Assembly: GCF_037042905.1 (NCBI RefSeq)
Contig: NC_087251.1
Span: 8,992,001-9,056,000 of the forward strand
Origin: Lytechinus pictus
Lineage: Eukaryota
DNA: 64,000 nt
Reading direction: 5' to 3'
Positions 1-12,600 of this stretch are shown here, in pieces (within the stretch, counting starts at the first letter, position 1; every line of letters begins with the position of its first letter). A model generated the notes under the pieces. That model was not told the origin of the DNA. It did no database searches and saw only the letters and a program-made list of their open reading frames with translations. Position numbers and translations under genes: made by a program.

Positions 1-1071
1 TACTCTTAAGTTTATATTTTAAAATTGTTTACTTCTAAGTGTATATTTGTTTCTAAGGGGATAACCCAGATAAGAACTTTTACTTTTGTTATCCCCCACT
101 GTTCATATTATATATATATATATATATATTTATATACATACATAAATGTGAGAAATTATAAATGTACAACAGTCAACAGCTGTGGCAACTCTTGCATTAA
201 ATGTATTGTAAAAGATGTGACAATGGGAGCACCTTTTTATGGGCGCATTTCAATATTGCAACCTTCTGGTCTGAAATATGCAAACTTGCACATATTAGAG
301 TGTACAAAGGCCAAAAAGGGTGCAGAGTTGCACCTTTTAAAGGTGCTCCGAATGTGAAATTGGCTTGCATCTTTTAAAATTGCAGAGTTGAACTTTTCAT
401 ATTAGAGTGTAATGAAGCATTTATCATTATGTTTTCTCGCTTTTGACAATTCGTATCAAGTTTGTAGGGTGTACATTGTGTTAATAGTTACAATGTTCAC
501 AAATTGGTTGTAAATTGAAGATATTAATATGACCTTATGAAAATTATACCTTACACCTTTTTCAGACAATAAACAAGGCGTTTTTGCCTAAATCTATGAA
601 AATCAAATGCCACTGGATAAAACACTCTCAAATACTGAAATAATTATTTTGATAAATTAATGTCTACAATGTAATCTTGAAGAAAAAATCCCCCTTATCC
701 GATCCAAAATGAAAGTTAGATTAAAGAAATAAAGGTTTGGCGACATTCCATGAGATATCACAGCTATGAATTTTTAATTTCGTGACGTCATATTCCACAA
801 TTGCTCCATATAACATGTTATATGACTTTCATAGATTGTCATTTTCAAAAGTTCATGATTGATTTATTTTTCTTATTTTATATTAATGCACAAAGAAATT
901 TACCTTATATTTCCTGAGAAATGTCATTCTATGGAATTATACACATTACATAATACTATATTCAATGGATGAGGTCGCATGTGACGTCACAAAATTAATA
1001 TTTAAGGTTAATAATTTTACGATTTCTTAAGGGATTCTCACATCAGGTATCATGCCGATTTCGTTGCTGTT

Positions 1072-1140
1072 ACTCCATACAAAAATCCAACTGTAGATTG
1101 CTTATTATAAGCAATCTACAGTTGGATTTTTGTATGGAGT
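1072..1140. repeat. Perfect 69-bp palindrome (34-bp arms, 1-nt centre) within a longer imperfect inverted repeat (~1040-1175)
   Basis: ACTCCATACAAAAATCCAACTGTAGATTGCTTAT-T-ATAAGCAATCTACAGTTGGATTTTTGTATGGAGT. Confidence 0.95.
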
Positions 1141-2039
1141 CACATCAACGAAACCGACTTGATAGAGACTTGATACAGTGTAATTTACTTTTGGTCTGAT
1201 AGGATTCGGTTCTGTTGGTGTGACGGTGGCGTGCTAATCTGCGATTCTACTGAAACCAATAATGTAAGATATAAAATGACATGCACTGATCACTCTCTCA
1301 ATCACTCATTAATTTTGTACGAGAAGGGGTACTTACGCTGTACATTCCGTTTAATAATGGAGCACATTATTGTAGAGAGTCTAGAAAACTTCGCATTACA
1401 CAGTATAGGTGCAGTATTATGCATTTTATGGGGATATGGCAGTTGTATGGAGAAAATGTTTGTTTGATAATAAATATTATAATGTATGATTATAACTTGT
1501 GTTTTGTTTTATCGTGAAAAGTAAAATCGACCCATCAATTAATCATTCAAATCGATTTTTACAACCTTTTACTTTTCCATGTGTTTTATGCGAGAGTACT
1601 GCAGTATCCATAACAGTGTTAATAGCTTAATATTGATGAAGAGTCTTATGATTTTACACAATGCTTCTTCATACCTGTATATCCATATTATCCCTATAGT
1701 TAAATGAATATTGTCTTTATAATTGCAGCCAGATGACTACTAATATCGTCATTTTCAACTAATTTGTTTTCTAAAAGAATGGATTATCACATGGGAGCGA
1801 GGGATGCCTCATTGATCTGTACCTTCCTACTTCATACATTTTGATTACCATGGCAATTATTGTATCAATTATTTACTGTACATGCATATTGAAAATGTTT
1901 CTTATTAGTTTACATTCTCATTAATTTAGCATAATTGTTTGGTAATTGTTCTGATTTCTCCCGATTTATTTCCCGTACTTTCCCTAAGTTGCTCTCACAT
2001 TAGACAGTTATTTTTGTTGCTCTTTTCTCATTTTCAATT

Positions 2040-2364
2040 GTCAATACTGAATCTACTTCAAGCCGTTACAACAAATTTCCTTTTAATTCTTCTTTAAACC
2101 CATATTACATCACAATAATTTTATATTTAGGAGTGAATCATTTTGCCAACATATGTACTTTTTTAAAACTAAGATCACTTCTTCATTATTATCATGATTA
2201 TACCGTAATTGTTTTTGTAATTTCTTGATTCTTTTGTAACATTGCTTTTTTGTTGACTTTATGTGTATTTTTATGCTTTTTTGTAAAACATTTGCCAATT
2301 CAGCTGTAAAAAGCTGCGATCATTTGTTTTAATAAATCTTGAATCTTGAATCTGAATCTTGAAT
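2040..2364 (+). mobile_element. Probable LINE 3' UTR remnant with (CTTGAAT)n-like tail
   Basis: T-rich tract, small hairpin CAGCT-GTAAAA-AGCTG, AATAAA at 2331, then tcttgaatcttgaatctgaatcttgaat. The 5' limit is approximate. Confidence 0.55.
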
Positions 2365-2485
2365 GAATTACTCATCCTATATAGATATTGTTATTTACTG
2401 AGAAGCTACTGATCCAGAAGCTTGAAAACCACGCCCTTCGTAATTCTTTCAACAATGTCAAAAGGGATATACCTACTCCAACAAG

Positions 2486-2882
2486 GTTTATTTCCAATTC
2501 GTCTAATGCCAATTCGTCAAATTGCCAACTCGTCTACTATCATTTGGTCTACCATCGGTTCGTCAACTATCCACATGGTCTAATTGCAAATTCATCCACT
2601 CACCATTTCGTCTAATAACCAGTTAGTCCAATAGCCATTTAGTCCGTATACCATTTGATCTATTGGACTAAGTTTTAAATGAAATGGATATTAGACGAAC
2701 TGGTAGTGAGATGAAATGGTCATAGACGAAATGGTGATTAGACGAAGTGATGATTGGACCAAATGGTTATTGGACCAAATGGTTTTTAGAAGAAATGTTG
2801 ATGGACGGAATGACATTAGACTAAATGAAAGTAGACCATGTGGTGAGTGGACGAGTTGGCAGTAGATGAATTGGGAATTAAG
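2486..2882. repeat. Fold-back element built of ~15-16-bp degenerate tandem units
   Basis: Left half repeats CCAATTCGTCTA/CCATTTGGTCTA and right half repeats the reverse complement TAGACGAAATGG/TGGACCAAATGG. Confidence 0.8.
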
Positions 2883-3525
2883 GAAGTAGACTGCAGAACC
2901 TTGCAAACAAGCCTTAAACGAGATTTCAAGATGTTGTTTTTTTCAAGATCAAAGGAATGTATTTCTTATACCATGTATTAAGTACCTTATGTGGCCTTGG
3001 CATATAATTTATTGTAGGAATGCCTGGCTGGGAGATGGTGTTCTGTGCATGATGAGCCTACGGGGCCTTGTCCCTTAAACTGTGGGTGAACGGCACGCCC
3101 AGCCAAGCTTAGTTACATATCCGTCCCCCTTTTTTCTAGGTCTTAGCTTAGATAATAATGACTGTCATAGCCACATTAACATTTTAAACGAACAGAATGA
3201 ATAAACAAAGTGATTCATATGAGATTCATGTACTGCATAATTGCTCTATAACTTTTATGAAATCATTTTCGTGATTAATTCAATATAATTTTCATTACTT
3301 TGTCACTGTGTATTTTAAGCAATCAATCGTAGAATTATGTATCATAGTTTTTATAATTTGAGATGTATGAAGAGAATTGATATCCAGTATTCCATAGATG
3401 AGGTTAAGAAGAAGAGATGTCAAGACATATCCAGACGAGATGTAATACAATAAAAAGTAATCTCATCCTCATTAAGTAAAAAAAAAACAAATGCGACTAC
3501 GAAATCGTGGATCTCGTCTCCTTAA

Positions 3526-4066
3526 AGGTCCAGTCCACCTCAGAAAAAAAAGTTGATTTGATTAAATAGAGAAAAATAAAAAAGAATAGTGCTGAAAACT
3601 AAATTAAAATCGGATGTTAAATAAGAAAGTTATGACATTTTAAATTTCGCTTATTAAAAAAAAAACTGTTCTATGCTCAACACAGTGATATGCAAATTAG
3701 AGAGTCGATGATGTCACTCACTATTTCTTTTCTTTTTATTGTTTGAAATATACATTATTTCAGTTTTTACAGATTTGACGATTAGGACCCTATTGTTTGA
3801 ACCAGATGTTTTAACAATTGAATTAGACATGTTCAGAGAGGATTGCAACTTTATTTCACATGACAATGAGGAGAAATTGAGAATATTTCATATTTCATAT
3901 AATAAAATACAAAAGAAATAGTGAATGTTTTGTGAAATTAGGCGAAACTTTAAAATGTCATAACTTTCTTATTTCAAATCCGATTTTGATGAAATTTTCA
4001 ATGTTATGCTTGTTTGATTTTTCTCTTTCTATTCAAATCAGCTTTTTGTTCGGGTGGACTTGTCCT
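3526..4066. mobile_element. Non-autonomous DNA element with TTAA TSD (Kolobok-like AG...CT ends)
   Basis: TTAA|AGGTCCAGTCCACC ... GGTGGACTTGTCCT|TTAA, with long internal inverted arms (AAAATCGGATGTTAAATAAGAAAGTTATGACATTTT and its reverse). Confidence 0.8.
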
Positions 4067-4309
4067 TTAAACTCATACAGTCGACAATATTGAAATCTTG
4101 CCATTTCGTCTTGTCATCCCAATCAGCTTTTCTTGACTGAATATCCCTTCTGGAAAGAGCATAGTGACAATGCTTTTAATGAACACAATCACTATTATGC
4201 TTTTCACATTGCATTTCCTTAACCCCATACTATCCTTAAACCCGGACTATCCTTAACCCCATACTATCTATTTTTGGATTCACGCTGTCTTTCTTAACCC
4301 CATACTATC

Positions 4310-5720
4310 TGCTTATCAAAAAGTTGACTTGTCGTGATGCAGCATCTTGGCGTCTAGTATTATTGTCCTGATTAAGTCAAATTGTCGAGATGCGGCATCT
4401 TGGCATTTGGTTTTTTTGTCCTCATTAAGTTGACTTGTCGAGACGAAGAATCGTGGCATGTGGTCTTTTTGTCCTCATTAATTGACTTGTCGAGATCCGA
4501 CACATTGCAATCTAGTCTGTTTGGCCCCATTATAAAAAAAACGACTTGTCGTGATGCGGCATCTTGGCTCCTGATCTCTTTTTCCTCATTGAGTCGACTT
4601 GTCGAGATGCAGTATCGTGGCATCTGGTCTTTTTCTCCTCAATAAGTCAACTTGTCGAGATGCAGTATCGTGGCATTTGGTCTTTTTCTCCTCAATAAGT
4701 CAACTTGTCGAGATGCAGTATCGTGGCATCTGGTCTTGTTGTCCTCAATAAGTCAACTTGTCGAGATGCAGTATCGTGGCATCTGGTATTTTTCTCCTCA
4801 TTGAGTCGACATGTCGAGATGCAGTATCGTGGCATCTGGTCTTTTTCTCCTCAATAAGTCAACTTGTCGAGATGCAGTATCGTGGCATCTGGTCTTTTTG
4901 TCCTCAATAAGTCGACTTGTCGAGATGCAGTATCGTGGCATCTGGTCTTGTTGTCCTCAATAAGTCAACTTGTCGAGATGCAGTATCGTGGCATCTGGTC
5001 TTGTTGTCCTCAATAAGTCAACTTGTCGAGATGCAGTATCGTGGCATCTGGTCTTGTTGTCCTCAATAAGTCAACTTGTCGAGATGCAGTATCGTGGCAT
5101 CTGGTCTTGTTGTCCTCAATAAGTCAACTTGTCGAGATGCAGTATCGTGGCATCTGGTCTTGTTGTCCTCAATAAGTCAACTTGTCGAGATGCAGTATCG
5201 TGGCATCTTGTCCTTTTCTCCTCAATAAGTCAACTTGTCGAGATGCAGTATCGTGGCATCTGGTCTTGTTGTCCTCAATAAGTCAACTTGTCGAGATGCA
5301 GTATCGTGGCATCTGGTCTTTTTGTCCTCAATAAGTCAACTTGTCGAGATGCAGTATCGTGGCATCTGGTATTTTTCTCCTCAATAAGTCAACTTGTCGA
5401 GATGCAGTATCGTGGCATCTGGTCTTTTTGTCCTCAATAAGTCGACTTGTCGAGATGCAGTATCGTGGCATCTGATCTTGTTGTCCTCAATAAGTCAACT
5501 TGTCGAGTCAACTTGTCTTTTTGTCCTCATTAAATTGACTTGTCGAGATGCCGCATCTTGGCATCAAGTCTTTGTGTAATCATTAAATCGACTTGTCGAG
5601 ATGCGGCATCTTGGCATCTTTTTATTTTTGTCCTCATTGAGTCGACTTGCAGAGATGTGGTATTTTGGTATATTTTATCCTCATTAATTCGGCTTGCCGA
5701 GATGTGGAAATATAGTTTTG
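4310..5720. repeat. 53-bp minisatellite, about 26 copies
   Basis: Unit GTCCTCAATAAGTCAACTTGTCGAGATGCAGTATCGTGGCATCTGGTCTTGTT. Period checked 4741->4794. Core near-identical, edges diverged, no spacers. Confidence 0.97.
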
Positions 5721-5753
5721 TCCTCTTCCGTATATTATAGGCTTATGCTTTAA

Positions 5754-6264
5754 AGGGATGATCCTGGCTGAAATATTTATATCTAAATAAATATATTAAA
5801 ATTAACAAAGCAAATTGACGAAAATGTTATCAAAATCGGATAACAAATGACGAAGTTATTGAATTTTAAAGTTTATCAATATTTTGTGAAAACAGTTATA
5901 TGCACATCGTCATGAATATTTATTAGGTGGTCTGATGATGTCACATCCCCACTTTCCGTTTTCTTACGTTATTATACGAAATCATAAATGTTTCATTTTC
6001 TTCATACATGTTTAAATGATGTGTCTCCATTATGATGAAATAAGTTGCGGCAATAAATAACTAATGCACTAAATCAGTTGTCAATCCAATTGTTTTAGTT
6101 CTTGGTAGAAAAATCTTCAATAAACCTAATTTCATATAATAAAATACAGAAGCACAAGTGTGGATATGACATCATCTGTGATTTTGATATAATTTTCAGC
6201 ATTTTACTTTGTGAATTTTACTCTTTTCATTGAGATTTAAATATTTCTAGCCTGGACCATCCCT
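5754..6264. mobile_element. Non-autonomous DNA element with TTAA TSD (Kolobok-like)
   Basis: TTAA|AGGGATGATCCTGGCT ... AGCCTGGACCATCCCT|TTAA. Confidence 0.8.
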
Positions 6265-6811
6265 TTAAGACGTGCTCTAAAAAATATATAACTTTATAAG
6301 ACGTTTACGAAAATTAATTATTTCCCTGCAATATCATGAATATAGCCTACATTACAAACACCATGATGGCGATATACAGGAACAAAAAACGCCTTTTATT
6401 AAGTAACCCTCCTTTCCAACCAGGAAATTCAAAATACCGTACTAGTGCCGTAAAAAAATCCTTAGTATATAGTTTATCTTTATTCTCCCTTACTGAGGCT
6501 AAAGTTGTTTTTAAGGTATTACGGACTGTTATGACTTTATTCTTTACAGAACCTATATTGTTTTACTCAACTGTATTATGTATGCGGCAATTCCGGATAA
6601 TTCTATTCATCAGGACAGGAATTTGAAAATATTGTAGGTCTCCATTAATTGGATATTCATAATAAATTTCTAGATGCGAAGTATCACTTTGAAAATTTTC
6701 TCCTCGGTCACTAAATTCCCTCGCAATTGCTTTAGCTGGGTGCCATTGACATTAAAACCGCATCCCCCACGTTCCCTGAAATACCGTGCTTTACCTTATA
6801 GGGGCGATTCC

Positions 6812-9004
6812 CAGTGGCGTAACAGGCGGAGGGCAGGGGGACAAGCTGCCCCCCTGGCGGATTTCACTGGGAAAATTAAAAAAAACGGGAAAAAGAGAAA
6901 AGGGAGGGAGAAAGAAAGGGAAAGGGGAAGGAAAGGGGAAAAGGAAAGGGAAAGGGAAAAAGGTAAAAGAAAACGAAGATAAAATATTTTTTTTAAAACA
7001 GAATAGGAAGGAAGGACAGCGGGAAAAGGAACAAAAGAAGAACATTTGAGGAAGGATAAATCATTCCGAAAAAGGCCTATGTAATGCAATAGCGTGATAA
7101 ATTGAAATATGACAAAATGGAAAACAATAGCGGGAAATTAAGTTAGAATGGAATTAGTCAAAAGCTAAATTAGGAAAACGAAGAAAAGGGACAAGAAAAA
7201 CAAAACACTTAATAACACGAACGGGCGCCGATGATTTAAAATAAAGAGCGGGAAGAAAGATGGACTACATACAACATTGTGCTGTAAGCTTGCTAAATTT
7301 TATTCAAATAAGATACCGGGGCTTTGCCCCGACCCCACGCAGTAGGGGCTCTTCATCTATATCCTTCAAATGGCTTTATATAACTTCCCCCTGTAGGGAC
7401 CCTTCTTACATTAAGCTCTACGTTCAATCACTGGCATACAGGCGTGGGGGGTCTTGGTTCCAAACCCAAAGGAAATAAAAGAAATTAAAGGAGACAACGT
7501 ATAATTAAAAAATGGAAACAATGAAATGTGTTATTTGCTGAATGAAAAAAAATCTATATATCACATAATTAGAATTTAATTTCATCTTTTTTCCAGCTCG
7601 CTTTACTCGCTGGCGACTTTTAACAAAATAATATTCCCACATTGCTATGTTCCCCCTCAAAATATTTGGTTCATTACGCTACTGATTGAATAAATGTGTT
7701 GGGTAAAAGCTATATTCTGTATATACCCGCGATATTTGATTAAAAATAGCGGCAATCTGCGAGGTTTAAATGGCTATGATATCAAGAAGTTCCGGGGGCT
7801 CTGCCCCCGACCTCAATCGCATAGCACTGTCGTATATGAGTATGGTAGGGTTGGGCCATGGCCCCCAAAAGTTCTACAACAAAGAACAAAAAACAAGGAG
7901 GAAAGGAAAAGTGTAGGATATGATTTATTACTGAAAATAATTTCAAAACTCAAAGTTAGATTCTCATGAAAAGGTGATTTTTTCTCGCTCGCTTCGCTCG
8001 CTCGGGACTTATATTAAGCAGCTTTTTTAGCACATGCGCCATACTGCGCCCCTCGTTTTTTGTTTTTTTATACTCTTCACGCTACTGCCGCATAGCATCC
8101 TGTTCATAGTGGTGTACAGACCACGAAAAAAAGGAATGGAAAGAGAAAAGGGTGAAATATATTATTCTCTGGATATCACAAAATTGAAATTTTGTATTAA
8201 AAATGTCAAAAATTGTGCTCGCTCGCGACTTTTTTTAAAAAGATAAATTCTACCCTATACGCAATATGCCTATCTGGCCCTCTAAAAAGTGTTGCCTCAT
8301 TACACCATTACGCCTGTTCATACCATGATATGACCGGGAAATTTTTTGCTCGTACGACACACAAAATTTTCACCTGTAATTCACCCATAATCAAACATTT
8401 TTTGTTGGTAATCAGTTTTTCACATGACTATCCACTATAACTTTATTATTGACAAAAAGTAAATTGTTATTGCTCAAGCAGTCAGCTAAGAGACTAGATA
8501 TAGTTGTCGAAATGTCCCGTACGACACGTATGGAATCAGTTCAAATGTCCCTGAAATGTGAAGAATGTCTCTTGAAAATATAAATATTTCTCGCTCGTTC
8601 GATACGCTCGATAAATAATCAAATCAAAGTGCGTGGAGATGGTAATAACACAGGACTTCTTCCAGATTGCATTGCCAGCCTTGTCGTGAAGTGAAATCCA
8701 ATGCCCAGATAGATGTGATTCATTTACGTAGATTAAATGTTTCTGAAATACATTCTAAAGCAGTTTGAATATATGATTTTTTTTTTAATTGAGCTCATTC
8801 GCTACGCTTCCTTGCATATCTAAATCAAAAATATTTCGCCATGGGGGGGGGGGGGGGTGACGCGGGCTGGCATTACAGATCCTCATTCCCAGCTGAGTCT
8901 GTAAAGTCTCTCCCATCTTCATGCTGCCAATGGCAGGCCATTTAGAATGTTCTCAAGCCCCCAAGACATCCCCCAAAACGTTTAGTCTAGATAAGCCACG
9001 CCTG
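6812..9004. repeat. Composite interspersed repeat (CAGTGGCGTA...G-run terminus, purine-rich tract, recurring GCTCGCTTCGCTCGC motifs)
   Basis: Starts cagtggcgtaacaggcggagggcaggggg, with a GA-rich tract at 6885-7030. The gctcgc(t/w)cgctcgc motif recurs here and at 10.3-10.7, 23.0, 28.5-29.5 and 60.2 kb. Limits are approximate. Confidence 0.55.
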
Positions 9005-9194
9005 TTGAAAACACTAGATTCTCAGTATCAAAAACTGTTTATTATATAGCCACACAAAACAAACCCGTGTTTGTGAAAAACTTGCCATGGTTGTTAGTTG
9101 TTTCGCTCCCAAGCTTGAATATTCATAACTTCATTAACTTCATAATTTCATGACTACTAAATTTAGATTTTCTTCCTTTTTTCAGCGCTGAAGT

Positions 9195-9620
9195 CCTGCT
9201 CTTATTATTTGTCTTTATTTATTTTTCTTTTTGTTTCCACATCCTTCGTGTTTGTTTCCCTTTTCTTTTGTTCTTTTTCTTAGTTGTTTTTATTGTGCTA
9301 TTCTATGTTATGTTACCTCTGTGTCCATCTTCGTAAGCAATATCATTGGTCAATATTTTTTTAAGTGGGGTCCACATTTTACAAGCATTTGCTTTTTAGT
9401 GGATCCCTTCATTTTCTCAGATTTTTATGATGTAAATGATAATCTACTTTTGAATAATAATTTTTGTTACTTCTGGAAAAAGTATTTCATTGTACCTACC
9501 TCAATAAATTGTTTTTATAAGTTCCATTTGCAAATGCCATTGTAATTATTTACGACCGTTTTATTTTGTTCTGTTGAAAATGAAATAAAAAATTAAAAAA
9601 ATGTAAAAAAATTTGAAATT
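9195..9620 (+). mobile_element. Probable CR1-like LINE 3' UTR remnant
   Basis: T-rich tract with stem-loop GGGGTCCAC...AAGCA-TT-TGCTT...GTGGATCCC (same layout as the hairpin at 47991-48031), followed by AATAAA and an A-rich tail. Confidence 0.55.
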
Positions 9621-12600
9621 ATCCCCCGTTTTTTTAAATTTCATTTATTGCCCAAGATAAAAAGAAAAAGACAATTCTGCCTAAAGCCTTTCTAAAATTC
9701 GTTTTCTTTTTTTTCTCCCCTTTTTCCTACGTTTGTCATTACTTTGGAACTTATCGGAGGGACGGCTGCCCCTACCGTCTATAGCTCCTCCCTTGGCCGG
9801 CATGACAACAAATCTGCATTGCCTAGACGTTCAACCAACCAATACTAGTAGTGGAAGACCAATCTCGTAAGTCTGACACCGATGTGACTATGGTCGCAGC
9901 TCCGCCTCCAACTGTGTGCAGCCAGGTAAGTATCAGTGAAAAATGGGCCGAGTCACTTATTCTCGTAGACTATAGGGTATAGGCCTATATGACTCCGATT
10001 CGGCCAGTGGCGTACATTAAGTTTAGTATACATTTGCACACTTCTGACCAGGGTCGAAAAAGCCAAAGAAATGCACTTAAATGCATGTCAAAACTGTCAT
10101 TTTGGTGCAAATTGATATTTTCACCATGAGATTATCTTCTGCGTGAATGTGTGTTTTGTAGTAAATAAGTTGAGCAAAGCATTTTGAAGTAATTTCTGAT
10201 TGATGAAATATATATTCAGGCTTTATTTTTTTTCTCATGCGAACGGTTTGGATTTTTTTTTTCAAATCTGAGCTGTGAAACTCGCGTTTTGGTCAGTTAT
10301 GGCGCTTATTACTGCTAAAATGTCATCCTCGCGAGATGTTGCGAGCGCGAAGCGCAAGCTGAAAAGTTCGGACATTTCATTTAATAAGACATGAAAGCAG
10401 TTTTTGTTATGAAAAAGCTGTGTTTTCTATTTAAAAAAATGACGTGAGCGCGAAGCACGAGCTGAAATTTTGAATATACTGACCAGAAAAGGGACCTGAT
10501 ACCGAATGTATTTAGTGACGTATTAATAGGATATACATAATTATCTAGCCAATCGAAAACTGGACATTCTAAGCACTTCTTGGAACCAAGGACAAATTTT
10601 CTAAGCATTTTTGTAACCAATGACAGATTGAGTACCTTACCAAACAATAACTGATGCGAGCGCGAAGCGCGAGCCAAAAACTTTGTGATTTTTCTAACCT
10701 AAAATGTATCATGCTTTACTTTCAAAAAGGGTATTTCATTTTTTTTTTAAGGGCACATTTCATTTTAAAAAGGGCACTTTCCATTTTGAAAAAGGGCATT
10801 CATTCCTCCGAGGAATGGGGGGGGGGGGGTGCCCCCTGCCCCTCCCGGTCCCCCCCCTGCCCCTCCCGGTTCCGCTACCCTTGTGACAATCATTTCTTGT
10901 GTTGAGTTTGTTCATCAATGTCATTGATATGGCCACCAGAGGAGATACTATACGATCGATGAACAGGCATTGCCTACAGCATCGTGGACATAACTAAACT
11001 AAGTTAAATAATATAAACTTAAAACAGCCATGGGGGGAATCATGACATTGAGGGCGCGAAGCTCGCTCGATAGCACAGAGATACGATCTTACGTACGTAA
11101 GCTCCCGAAGGGAGCTAGAGAGGGAACTCTTTCCGCGCGTTTTTGATTTTCCATAGGTTTTGTACATAACAAACATGGCTGCCATTTGGCCAATTTGAAG
11201 GTTGATTTTGGAAGGTCAATGTTTAATTCATGAGTAATGACGTCAAAATACGCATAATCCACTTGTATGATTGGATAAAACGCTAATGTTTTATTCATGT
11301 ACTCATGCATTAAACATTTTTTCCGTCCCACAATTCCCTACGATATCTGTGCGAAGTGTCGTTCTTTTTGACTCTGCGAAATTCAACTTTTTGAAATACA
11401 ATAGCAAGACTAATTATCTGTTTATAGTATTAGTGTCTGGAATCGTGATTTCTAAGTGAAATTCAGTTGAGCAGAAAATCTTTGAGGAAACATCTTCATC
11501 AAAGTAATGGCATTCCATACAAATAAAAGTAAGTTATGTTCAATTTCGTGCTTTGATCCCAGCTGTAATTTGCAGGGGTTCGGCGTCGCAGTCAGGGCCT
11601 TATGTGTAGTTTACTATGTAAACCACAATTTCCATATTTCCAATTCCTTTTTTCAGATCCCAAATATATCTGAGATCTGACTGATATATTTACTCAGAAA
11701 GTAATACAGTTTTTCGTAGAACTAAGTTGGTTGATTGGAATGCTTCATGTCCGTCCTTATTAAATCTGTATTTCAGTTCTATTGTCAATTATCAGGGGTA
11801 GATGTGGACTTGTTCAGTAACTGCAAAGCTGCATCAAATTTAAGCCAAATAATATAGTCAGAGCGGGATACGGCCATTGATACCGCCGGTGCCAGCCGGC
11901 TGCGAAATTGCCGATGTAGACTAGGTCATAGGTGTTGGGAATTTTAGTGTCAAACAAGCTTGAGTTGAAGTTTAAAGTTTGGCCAGAGCCTAATTTTTTT
12001 ACACCGCTATTTCATCTTTATGTGAATCAATATAATTCTCTGCATTTGCCAAACATGGTCATGGAATGATTTGAGACAGATTTTGACGTTAGACTTCGTC
12101 TTTTTCTACTAAAGACAAAGTATTAAAGCCCTAGGCCTAGCCTAGGATAGGTCTAACTTCCATCTTGATTTCTAAACATGGAATTGTAGATCTGTCTGGT
12201 TCGACCTTTTTCGTACGAAGATTTAAGTTAACTTTATTCAAGTCACTGATCATTGGACTAAAATTATAATTAGACTCTAGCACAGAGTTAACTGATTCTT
12301 ATTTTGGGGGGCCAACATTTCTACGTCAGGTTTCAAACTGCTCAATTATCTTATACCATGAGTGTGCAATTTTTATGGGAAGGGTTTAGAAAATTGATAG
12401 TGCCCCATTTTGAATTTATAAGTATAAGCATAGAGAGGATCTGATCCAATTATTTATCTTCATTGTCTTCCTCACTTGACCCTATTTAAGGTGAAAGGCA
12501 AAGGGTCATTTAAACTTGCGAGCAAGCTAACCCTTTTTTAAAATCAAAATCAAACTTAAAGAGGAACTCACTTAGATGTAGAGATTCACATGTTTATAGA

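Noticed and set aside
4310..5720. Regular repeat array as a CRISPR locus
   Set aside because: Units are contiguous 53-mers with no unique spacers, there are no cas genes, and the context is eukaryotic.
6674..7089. Lys/Arg/Glu-rich and Phe/Pro-rich ORFs
   Set aside because: They are translations of a low-complexity purine tract.
9800..9931. Possible exon ending in a strong CAG|gtaagt donor after 9925
   Set aside because: Only short ORFs, no identifiable product or downstream partner exon, and phase 0 does not fit the sAC acceptor.
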